Assembly (NCBI GenBank): GCA_043800255.1
Contig: JAZDNF010000008.1
Coordinates: 1 to 64,000, forward strand
Length of the DNA stretch: 64,000 nucleotides
Reading direction: 5' to 3'
From: Candidatus Altiarchaeota archaeon
Lineage (GTDB): Archaea; Altiarchaeota; Altiarchaeia; IMC4; SCGC-AAA252-I15
Position numbers and translations under genes: made by a program. This document shows, one piece after another, positions 19,458-27,699 of this stretch; position 1 is the stretch's first letter, and every line of letters begins with the position of its first letter. Below the pieces are notes generated by a model. It made no database searches. It saw nothing but the letters and a program-made list of their open reading frames with translations, and had not been told where the DNA came from.

Positions 19458-20969
19458 ATGAAGGCAGCAATACTTGCGGGAGGATTAGGCACAAGGCTCA
19501 GACCTCTCACTTTCACAAAGTCCAAGCCGATGATACCGCTCGTCAACAGTCCGGTGATAGAGCACATAATAGCATACCTGAAGAGCCATAGGATACGGGA
19601 CATTGCGATAACGACAAACTACCGGAGGGATGAGCTGATAGGTCACCTTGGCACAGGCGACAGATACGGTGTCAGACTATCATACCCTGTCGAGGAGACT
19701 CCTCTGGGGACTGCAGGCTCTGTCAAGAACATAGAGGGCTATTTTGACAGGACGTTTGTCGTGATACAGGGCGACAACATAACCGACATAAACCTGAGAG
19801 ACCTCATAAAGTTCCATAAGAAGTCCGGCGGCTTGTGCACAATCGCAGTTAAAAAGGTTGAGGACTCCGCCAAGTACGGTGTTGTTAGAATGGACGACCA
19901 CGGCATGGTCACCGAATTCATCGAAAAACCGGGCAATGGTCTGAAGCACAATCTCATAAACACTGGGCTCTATGTGATGGAGCCTGGAATATTCGAATAC
20001 ATCCCGAAGAACCAGTTCTTCGACTTCTCAAGAGACCTTTTTCCCGTCATGAAGGAGAAGGGCCTGCTCTACGGGAAGCGGATGAGCGGCTTTTGGTCTG
20101 ACATCGGAGACCCATCAGGTTACAAAGCAGCCCAGAGTTGGATGCTGCAAAACCTGGAGGAGTCGCATATGGACTATCCAAACGTCGAGATCAGGAATGC
20201 CGTTCACGTGGGCGACAACGTCAGTCTTGGGAATGGCACAATGGTAATCGGGCCGGTTGCGATTGATGACGACACGATTATAGAGGATGACTGCATGATA
20301 GGTCCGAACACTATGATAAGCAGGGGAAGCGTGATAAAGTCTGGAACATGCATCCTGGGTTCGGTGTTCTTCAACAACGTCAGAATAGGCGAAAAATCCC
20401 ATACCGAAGGGTGCATGGTGGCAGAAGACTGCACTATAGGCTATGGCAGCACCATCCAGACGAACGCCATGATAGGCTCAAACTGCAGGATAGGATACGG
20501 CGTGGACATCATGAAAGACTCGAGGATATGGCCTGGCATGGAGATATCGGCTGGCACGGAGATCAATGGAACGTTTAGGAGATTCCAGCCGGTGCATTTC
20601 GTTAACGATGAGATCGCATGGAGGTTGCGAGGGTTGTCACAGGATGAGGCGTTCTACTTCAACAAGTGCGAGAACAATGCCATGATGTTCACAGGCCGCA
20701 AGGCGTTCTCGCTCAAGGAGTTCAGGGACATCCTGAAGGACATAGAAACCAGCTCTGTCAGCCACCATCTGAGGTATGATATAAACGACTTCAGTGATTG
20801 GATTAGGAAAGTTATATGCGACGCCAGGCTGGCCGACGACCTTGAACGTGTGAAAAGAGAGGTCGGCGTCGGCGCCCAGGATGATGTCCTCAGGAGCAGA
20901 CTGGTTAAGAGGACAACGAACAGGCTATATGATCTTGTATGCGAGTCTACTTCCCACCTAAAAAGCTGA
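19458..20969 (+). CDS. NDP-sugar pyrophosphorylase (mannose-1-P guanylyltransferase-like) with LbH and C-terminal DUF5752-like domain
   Basis: LAGGLGTRLRPLT, PLGTAG, WSDIG, hexapeptides; tail FYF..A.SL.EF..HH..NDFS.WI. Confidence 0.85.
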   Translation: MKAAILAGGLGTRLRPLTFTKSKPMIPLVNSPVIEHIIAYLKSHRIRDIAITTNYRRDELIGHLGTGDRYGVRLSYPVEETPLGTAGSVKNIEGYFDRTFVVIQGDNITDINLRDLIKFHKKSGGLCTIAVKKVEDSAKYGVVRMDDHGMVTEFIEKPGNGLKHNLINTGLYVMEPGIFEYIPKNQFFDFSRDLFPVMKEKGLLYGKRMSGFWSDIGDPSGYKAAQSWMLQNLEESHMDYPNVEIRNAVHVGDNVSLGNGTMVIGPVAIDDDTIIEDDCMIGPNTMISRGSVIKSGTCILGSVFFNNVRIGEKSHTEGCMVAEDCTIGYGSTIQTNAMIGSNCRIGYGVDIMKDSRIWPGMEISAGTEINGTFRRFQPVHFVNDEIAWRLRGLSQDEAFYFNKCENNAMMFTGRKAFSLKEFRDILKDIETSSVSHHLRYDINDFSDWIRKVICDARLADDLERVKREVGVGAQDDVLRSRLVKRTTNRLYDLVCESTSHLKS

Positions 20970-22392
20970 TAATATCCGTTATCTGGATTCTCTCCTGTTT
21001 TTTCGTGTCCCTGTCCCTGACTGTAACAGTATCGTCCTTGAGCGTGTCATAGTCGACTGTAATGCAGCAGGGAACCCCGATCTCATCAGCCCTTGCGTAT
21101 TTCTTTCCTATGCTCCCGCTGACGTCCATGAGAGAATACGACCCATTTTTTGTTAGGCTGTCATAGACCTCGCACGCCTTCTCGTATATGCCGTCCTTGT
21201 TCACGAGGGGGAACACGGCAGCAGCGTAGGGGCTGACAGCCTTGGGAAACCTGAAGTATGACCTCTCCCCGTCCTCTGAGTAACATGACTCGAGAACGCA
21301 GTAGAACGGCCTGTCGATTCCGTAGGCAACCTCTATCACATGTGGGACGAACTTTTTCCCATCCTCTGTGACAGAGAGGTCCTGTTTGCTCAATTTTATG
21401 TGAGCAGAGAGATCATAGTCACCCCTGTCCGCTATCCCGACAAGCTCTATCCTGCCCAGAGAGTCGCTCATGAACTCGACGTCCCATGTGTCTGATGAGT
21501 AGAACGACCGCTCAGTGTCCTTGTGCTGCCTCAGCCTCAGCTTTTCCCTGCTGATTCCAATCCCCGTGAAAAAGTTCATCGCAACCGCAAGATGATAGGC
21601 TATGAATGAGTTGGGTATGATTCCCTCATCATAGGCCTTCCTGAAGGTTGAAGTCAGCTCCCGGTCATCCTTCGCCAGGATGGAAGCCGTCTGATCCCCC
21701 ATCTCCCCAGAAAGGTCAGCCTCCTTCTTATCTGGGTTCATGAAGAACTGTATCTCAGCCTGGTTGAACTCCCTCAACCTTATCATGCCCTGGCGCGGGG
21801 AGATCTCATTCCTGTAGGAGCGTCCCATCTGTAGCACCCCGAACGGCAGTTTCTTCCTGGCGACCTCCCAAAGCCTTTTGAACCCAATATAAGTGGTCTG
21901 CGCAGTCTCAGGCCTCAAGTAAGCGGTCACCTTGTACTTCCCAGGCCCCACGAAAGTCTGGAACATCAGATTATAGTCGTACAGCTTATCCAGTTTTCCG
22001 CCGCATTTGGGGCATGAAACGCCAGCATCCTGGATTATGGCTTCTATTTCAGGGAGCGTCTTCCCCTCGACGCCCTTTTTCAGCTTCTCCTCCAGGAGAT
22101 GGTCCGCCCTGTAAGGCTCACCGCACTTCAGGCACTCTGTCGTGAAGTCCGTGAAATTTTTGACGTGTCCCGAGGCGACCCAGACGTCCTCCGGGCTCAG
22201 CGTCGGGCACTCGACTTCCAGGCAGCCGTGCTCTACGACGTAAATCCTCCTAAGTGCGTCTTCTATGTTCTTTTTTATCCTGACGCCAGTAGGCCCGTAG
22301 TCGACAAAGCCCGAAACGCCCCCATATAATTCAAACGACGGGTAGACTATGCCGCGCCTCTTTGAAACGTCCAATATCTTCTGGTACGTCAT
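20947..22392 (-). CDS. glyS: Glycine-tRNA ligase (archaeal/eukaryal type)
   Basis: LRPETAQ, RNEISPRQGMIRLREF, anticodon-binding domain. Confidence 0.95.
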   Translation of the reverse strand: MTYQKILDVSKRRGIVYPSFELYGGVSGFVDYGPTGVRIKKNIEDALRRIYVVEHGCLEVECPTLSPEDVWVASGHVKNFTDFTTECLKCGEPYRADHLLEEKLKKGVEGKTLPEIEAIIQDAGVSCPKCGGKLDKLYDYNLMFQTFVGPGKYKVTAYLRPETAQTTYIGFKRLWEVARKKLPFGVLQMGRSYRNEISPRQGMIRLREFNQAEIQFFMNPDKKEADLSGEMGDQTASILAKDDRELTSTFRKAYDEGIIPNSFIAYHLAVAMNFFTGIGISREKLRLRQHKDTERSFYSSDTWDVEFMSDSLGRIELVGIADRGDYDLSAHIKLSKQDLSVTEDGKKFVPHVIEVAYGIDRPFYCVLESCYSEDGERSYFRFPKAVSPYAAAVFPLVNKDGIYEKACEVYDSLTKNGSYSLMDVSGSIGKKYARADEIGVPCCITVDYDTLKDDTVTVRDRDTKKQERIQITDIISFLGGK

Positions 22393-24245
22393 TTTTTGAC
22401 CATCTTCTCCCTTTCAGCCTCTATCATCCGCTTCAGCTCGTCCTTGACCTTCTCCTCAGTCTCCTCCTCCTTCTCGACCTCCCATTTCTTCTTGGCGAAC
22501 CTCTCTTCTTCAACCCTGGCCCTCTTCGACTTCTCAGCCTCTTCGACAATCTCCTTCCTTTTCCTGGTGTAGTTTATCACAAGTATGGCTATTATTACCA
22601 GGACTATCACAACAGATACGACAGTCATCCACAGCCTGTTGTTGAGCCTATTGACCTCAATAGTAGCCTTCTCCAGCAGTGCACCAGACTCGGTAACACC
22701 CAGAGAGTGATTTAGCTCAGCATATATGTTATAAGCCGTCTCGGCGCTCTTCTTCGCTCCTCGGTAATCCTGACTCTGGAACAGCTCGTACCCTTTCTCG
22801 AAATATTGCCTGGCTTCAACCTTCCTCTTCTCGCCGTATTCTATACAGTTCGTCACATTGTCTATATCCGCGGACTTGTTCGTCCCGATGAGCGTGGAAA
22901 ATAGCTGCTTCGCAACATCCAGCGAGATTCTCGCGTTCTCGTAGTCCGAAACCCTGCAATAGGACAACGCTTCCGTCAGGTTGCCGCTGGCTGAGTTCTC
23001 CCTGCTGACCCTGTCGATTATGGTGTTGATCAGGGCGTTGGACTTTTCCACGCCGACGTAATCGTCAACGGTCGTGTAGAGGTCCTTGGCCCTGCGCGCG
23101 TATGACAATGCATCATTCGCCTGCCCTGCTATGAAGAACTCCTGAGCCCGGTCATAGTAGCTTTCAGCGCTCTTTTTTGTCTGCTTGTCGCCCATCGCAG
23201 TCGTTATCTTATCGTATAAAAGATTGGTCTCTATTATGACCTCCCAGTAGTATTTTTTCTCAGCGCTACCCTTGAGAGCCAACCTGTAGAATTCGTAGTA
23301 TATCTCTCGCGCCTCGAACACGTTCTCTGTTGCCGTCTCATAGTTGCCAAGGACGAATCCCTGCTCAGCCTTCTGTATGAGCTCCTGCGCAAGCCTTTTT
23401 CTGTCTGTGACAGCCCTGTCCGTCATCTGATGGATGAGCGATATAAGGTCTTCTGCCTTCCCAAGGCCGTCAGCATCCTCTATGGAGGAGTAGAGTTCCT
23501 TCGCCTTTTCCGCAAGAGTCAGAGATCTGGTGAGGTTGCCCTCGCCGTAAAGGAGCTTCGCGTTCTGGTATGTCGTAAAACCGTTCTGTCTTATCTCATA
23601 TATGGTATTCTCGATCCTCTTCTCCAGCTGTTGGGAGATGATTGTCCCGCTGGCATCGCTGATGTTCTTATACACGTCCGTCGCGCTTTTGGCAAAGTTT
23701 AACGCAGTATTGTACTCTTTCTTTATGTAAAGCGTCTGCGCCTGGACCCGGTAGGATTCAGCCCTCTCCCGCTCGGCGTTCCTAATCCTCAGGATCTCTC
23801 TGGAGGACCTGTCGACTATATCATTAGATTTGAAAATCCCGGTCGTATGTTCTAGAATCTCGTATATTTTTAGGGCCTCTCTCCCGAAGTACTTTGATAG
23901 CTCATATAGCTCTATGTCCCTCTGGGGATTTGGGCTTGATGGGTTCGGCGTAAGGAAATATTCTGACGCTATCGTGAAATAGATGTCAGCTTCTATGTTC
24001 TTTGTTATGGTCTTCTGTATGTCAGAAAGCAGCTGGTCACACTGGCGCACCCCATAGGAGTATGATAGGTTCTCGTATATGCGCCTCGCAAGGTGAGCAT
24101 TCTTAAGGGCGTTTTTTTCATCGTCTTCGGCATAGTACGACCTTGCGAGGTTAAGGTACTCGTTCGCTTCGATAAGCGTGTACTCTGCGACAACACCCGC
24201 TGCCATGATCAGAATGAACAGAACGGCCCAGAACTTTGAGTTCAT
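22389..24245 (-). CDS. Signal peptide + helical TPR-like repeats + C-terminal TM anchor
   Basis: Recurring A..YY..A..L helices, TM near the C-terminus, charged tail. Confidence 0.8.
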   Translation of the reverse strand: MNSKFWAVLFILIMAAGVVAEYTLIEANEYLNLARSYYAEDDEKNALKNAHLARRIYENLSYSYGVRQCDQLLSDIQKTITKNIEADIYFTIASEYFLTPNPSSPNPQRDIELYELSKYFGREALKIYEILEHTTGIFKSNDIVDRSSREILRIRNAERERAESYRVQAQTLYIKKEYNTALNFAKSATDVYKNISDASGTIISQQLEKRIENTIYEIRQNGFTTYQNAKLLYGEGNLTRSLTLAEKAKELYSSIEDADGLGKAEDLISLIHQMTDRAVTDRKRLAQELIQKAEQGFVLGNYETATENVFEAREIYYEFYRLALKGSAEKKYYWEVIIETNLLYDKITTAMGDKQTKKSAESYYDRAQEFFIAGQANDALSYARRAKDLYTTVDDYVGVEKSNALINTIIDRVSRENSASGNLTEALSYCRVSDYENARISLDVAKQLFSTLIGTNKSADIDNVTNCIEYGEKRKVEARQYFEKGYELFQSQDYRGAKKSAETAYNIYAELNHSLGVTESGALLEKATIEVNRLNNRLWMTVVSVVIVLVIIAILVINYTRKRKEIVEEAEKSKRARVEEERFAKKKWEVEKEEETEEKVKDELKRMIEAEREKMVKK

Positions 24246-26110
24246 CTTGTTTTCATCTTCCCGAGATCCTCCATGTCCTCATCAAGGGTCTTCTCGAGGT
24301 CATGTTCGTACTTTTTCATGGATTCTTCCATTGATTTCACGTATCTCCTTCTCTTCATTATGAATCTCATAAGAAAAACGAGGACTATGACGACGACAAC
24401 CACCAGGATGACCTGGTTTAGCGATACGCTGCTCTTCTCCTCCATGGGTTTTAACGTAGTAAGCGGGGCTGTTGTCGGGACTGAAACGATCATATTATCA
24501 GCCCTCTTTATGAGAATCTCCGCCCTCAATACGTTCTGGGTGTCACCGAATTCGTCATAGATTACCTGGGATTCCAGAGCGAACTGCTTGGACTTCTCGT
24601 AATCCCCGGCAATGAAGAACTCCTGGGCCTTGCTGTAGAATGCTTCAGCCTGCTTTAGCCTGAGGCCTGTGAGTTTCTCGTTGATATTCTCGATGAGCTT
24701 GTCAATCCGTTCAATACCTGTCATATCGCCTATGCGGATGTATATGCTTTTCGCCTTGAGCAACATTTCCAGTGAGTTGTTATAATCCGAGTTAACGTAT
24801 AATCGCTGGGCCTCCTGGTAGTAGAAATTGGCGGTTTCCCGCTGGGTATACGAGATGTTAACCTCGTAAGCGTATACGCTCTTGTCCGACGTTCCGAGAA
24901 TCACTTCAGACAGGCTGTCATTCTCCAGGTCTTCGACGTCCAGCGCGATTATGGGTTCGTCTATGTCGAACTTCCACTGGAATTTCCCGTCTTGGGTCAG
25001 CACGTAGACGATGCCTGCCATCGTCCCTACAACTACGTCATCATGGTCGTCCCCATTCACGTCCGAGACTTCTACGTCGTTTGCGTATCCGCCCAGCTCA
25101 TAGACCCAGAGAACCCGGCCGTCATTGTCTATTGCCTGCACGTAGTCGTCTGACGTTCCCACAATTATCTCATTATTCTCGTCTAAATCCAGGTTGGCGA
25201 CGGCCAGTGTTGTAACGTCGCCTCCAAGCGGATAAGTCCATCTCTGTGCGAGCTGGTACGCATCGGTAGTGTAGTTCAAGAACGGCGCAAGCACATATAG
25301 GGTATTCGACTTCTCCGTGCCAAGTACAATTTCCATCTCCCTTTGGGGAGTTATCTTCCCTATCACAACCTTCGAGATTCTGTCATTTTTCCTGTTTGAT
25401 ATGTCATCTACTTTCTTTTGCAGTATCATGCTCCCGTTGTAGTTGAAGAGGTAAAGGCTGTCCGAAACCGCGATTATATCCTTGTACCCATCACCGGTCA
25501 TGTCTGCCGCCAGCACCAGATCGATTGGATCGTTCAGCAGGATGTCCCACCTTGTGAGGCCGAAACTGTCAAACAGGTAAAGCTTCGACGTCGACCCTCC
25601 GATTATGTCGCTCCATCTGTCGTTGTCGAGGTCAGCAACGTATATGGTCTGGATTATCGCTGACGATGAGTAAGTTCTCTGGATTGTGCCGTCGCTCTCT
25701 ATTATGTATACCCTGCCTCTTGAGAGTTCCTCTATGAGCCTGCCCGCACCCACTACAATCTCAATCTCACCATCACGGTCGAAGTCATTCAAGAAGGCAG
25801 ACCTCAGGATGTCGTCTACAGGCCTCTTCCAATAGAGTGTGCCGTTGCCTCTGATAGCATAGACTACGTTGTTGAGCTCGTATTTTCCTGTCCCTATGGA
25901 ACCCTTTGTTGTTGCGATAACCTCCTTTTTTCCGTCGTTGTCCAAGTCTGTGACCTGCAGGAAGTTTATGTCGCCCTTGAAATCCTCAGAGCCTTTCCCG
26001 ACATTATAGCCCCATCGGAATATGAGCGCGTCCGAATATTCCTGAGAACTTGACGTGCATGATAGGAAATAAACCGCTAAAATGAACAGAATCTTTTTAG
26101 GATCTAGCAT
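24242..26110 (-). CDS. Surface FG-GAP/PQQ-like beta-propeller with helical domain and TM anchor
   Basis: DLDNDG/DVNGD repeats, W-x-Y blade motifs, signal peptide, C-terminal TM. Confidence 0.8.
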   Translation of the reverse strand: MLDPKKILFILAVYFLSCTSSSQEYSDALIFRWGYNVGKGSEDFKGDINFLQVTDLDNDGKKEVIATTKGSIGTGKYELNNVVYAIRGNGTLYWKRPVDDILRSAFLNDFDRDGEIEIVVGAGRLIEELSRGRVYIIESDGTIQRTYSSSAIIQTIYVADLDNDRWSDIIGGSTSKLYLFDSFGLTRWDILLNDPIDLVLAADMTGDGYKDIIAVSDSLYLFNYNGSMILQKKVDDISNRKNDRISKVVIGKITPQREMEIVLGTEKSNTLYVLAPFLNYTTDAYQLAQRWTYPLGGDVTTLAVANLDLDENNEIIVGTSDDYVQAIDNDGRVLWVYELGGYANDVEVSDVNGDDHDDVVVGTMAGIVYVLTQDGKFQWKFDIDEPIIALDVEDLENDSLSEVILGTSDKSVYAYEVNISYTQRETANFYYQEAQRLYVNSDYNNSLEMLLKAKSIYIRIGDMTGIERIDKLIENINEKLTGLRLKQAEAFYSKAQEFFIAGDYEKSKQFALESQVIYDEFGDTQNVLRAEILIKRADNMIVSVPTTAPLTTLKPMEEKSSVSLNQVILVVVVVIVLVFLMRFIMKRRRYVKSMEESMKKYEHDLEKTLDEDMEDLGKMKTR

Positions 26111-26133
26111 CAGAAAAAATTATGCGTAAACGC

Positions 26134-27069
26134 TTAAATACGGCCTGTCCGATAGTATCTGGCGGCCTCCTCTGGGGGCATCGTGTTGATGTACATGCCA
26201 GAACCCAGCTCGAAGCCTGCTAGTATGGACATCTTAGGAATCAGCTCCAGGTGCAGGTGGAGGTTTCCGCCTTTTGGCGATTGATGCAGGTAGAAGTTGT
26301 ATGGTGCGCAGTCCATAAGCTCGTCAAGCCTCTTTAGGATGAACTGCAGGGTCTTGGCGAACGACCGGGTCTCGCTTTCGCTCATCTCGCTCAAACGTGT
26401 GATATGGCGTTTCGGCTGCAGGCAGGCCTCGAAGGGGAAGCGTGAGGCGTATGGTGCGAATGCTATCACGTTCTCGTCTGATCTTATCCTGCGCCTTCCT
26501 CTAAGCTCCTGCCTTCCGATGTCGCATATCCTGCATCTGCCCTTCGACGCATTTATCTCCTCAGTCACAAGCCCCGGCACTATTGGAACCCCTATTATCT
26601 GAGTGTGAGTATGATACAGGGATGCTCCGGCATCCTTTCCATAATTTTTGAACAGTGAGACGTATCTCACTCCGCTCATCCTGCCTATGGCTTCAACCCT
26701 GCGATTGTACATGTCAAAGACTTTCATCATATGTTCTGTGCTCAGCTGATGGAGTTTTCCCTCATGCTCCGGGGTTTCGACTATTATCTCATGCTTTCCG
26801 ACGGCAGGCATTGAGCCGCCCTTCATCCTCCTGGCTTTTCCCTCGCTTGTGGCGGGGAACTTGTTCGGGAAGCATCTCACAATCCATCTGCCTCCCTTTT
26901 CTATCCTGTCGATTTCGGGCGGCGTCAGATGCTCATTCGACTGGCAGAAGTAGCAGACTTTCTCATCAGGTTTCTCGCAATATTTATTGTAACTGTCAGG
27001 CCTCTTGGATCTTTTCGATGCTATGATGACGTACCTGTCAATGAGGGAGTCCTTCCGTATCTCGTTCAT
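26134..27069 (-). CDS. galT: Galactose-1-phosphate uridylyltransferase
   Basis: RSKRP, CYFC, NKFP, GASLYHTHTQ. Confidence 0.92.
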   Translation of the reverse strand: MNEIRKDSLIDRYVIIASKRSKRPDSYNKYCEKPDEKVCYFCQSNEHLTPPEIDRIEKGGRWIVRCFPNKFPATSEGKARRMKGGSMPAVGKHEIIVETPEHEGKLHQLSTEHMMKVFDMYNRRVEAIGRMSGVRYVSLFKNYGKDAGASLYHTHTQIIGVPIVPGLVTEEINASKGRCRICDIGRQELRGRRRIRSDENVIAFAPYASRFPFEACLQPKRHITRLSEMSESETRSFAKTLQFILKRLDELMDCAPYNFYLHQSPKGGNLHLHLELIPKMSILAGFELGSGMYINTMPPEEAARYYRTGRI

Positions 27070-27093
27070 GTTTTACTATTCTCCCAGCCCTTA

Positions 27094-27294
27094 TCAGAGT
27101 CTCGCCAGCTTTATGTCTTCTCGTGTCACGGTCTTCCTGTTGGCGTGCTCTGCGAGCTTTATTGCCTTCCGGGTCACATCCGCGGTAACCTCCTCCAGGA
27201 CGTCCCGCAGCTCCTCGCATGCGCTCATGCTGACCCTTTCGGCGCCGTTCTTCTTCATCAGCCTCTCGAGGGGGGCCAAAGGTATCTCAGCCAT
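27094..27294 (-). CDS. Archaeal histone (HMf type)
   Basis: LAPLERLMK..AERVS..HANRKTV..EDI. Confidence 0.95.
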   Translation of the reverse strand: MAEIPLAPLERLMKKNGAERVSMSACEELRDVLEEVTADVTRKAIKLAEHANRKTVTREDIKLARL

Positions 27295-27344
27295 TTTTAA
27301 GACCTGTATTATATTAGATATTATATCTTAAATGAGGTGACAGC

Positions 27345-27698
27345 ATGGATCACAAAATTGGGAGTTGGGCTTTTCTCGTAGGAATTGTAGTAAGCGTACT
27401 CGCGGGGCTTGCCATCGAGAGGAACGTCTCAGGAGCGCCGCCAAGCAACTTCGCTGCGATAGCCGCCGTCCTTACGGTATTAGGGCTTATCGTAGGTTAC
27501 GTTAACATCACGCCCGGCGAGGCGACCCTGTTCCTCGTCGCAACCATGACATTGATAGTCGCTAGCTCTTCGGTCATATTGATACCCTTCGTTGGAGCGG
27601 CAATAAAATATATCCTGACGTCTGTCATCGTCTTCTGCTCTTCAGCCGCTGTCGTGGTCGCGCTGAAGACCATCTACGCCCTGGCTGCTGAGAAGTAG
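27345..27698 (+). CDS. Four-helix membrane protein
   Basis: Hydrophobic 117-aa ORF with GAGGTGA RBS. Confidence 0.8.
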   Translation: MDHKIGSWAFLVGIVVSVLAGLAIERNVSGAPPSNFAAIAAVLTVLGLIVGYVNITPGEATLFLVATMTLIVASSSVILIPFVGAAIKYILTSVIVFCSSAAVVVALKTIYALAAEK

Positions 27699-27699
27699 C

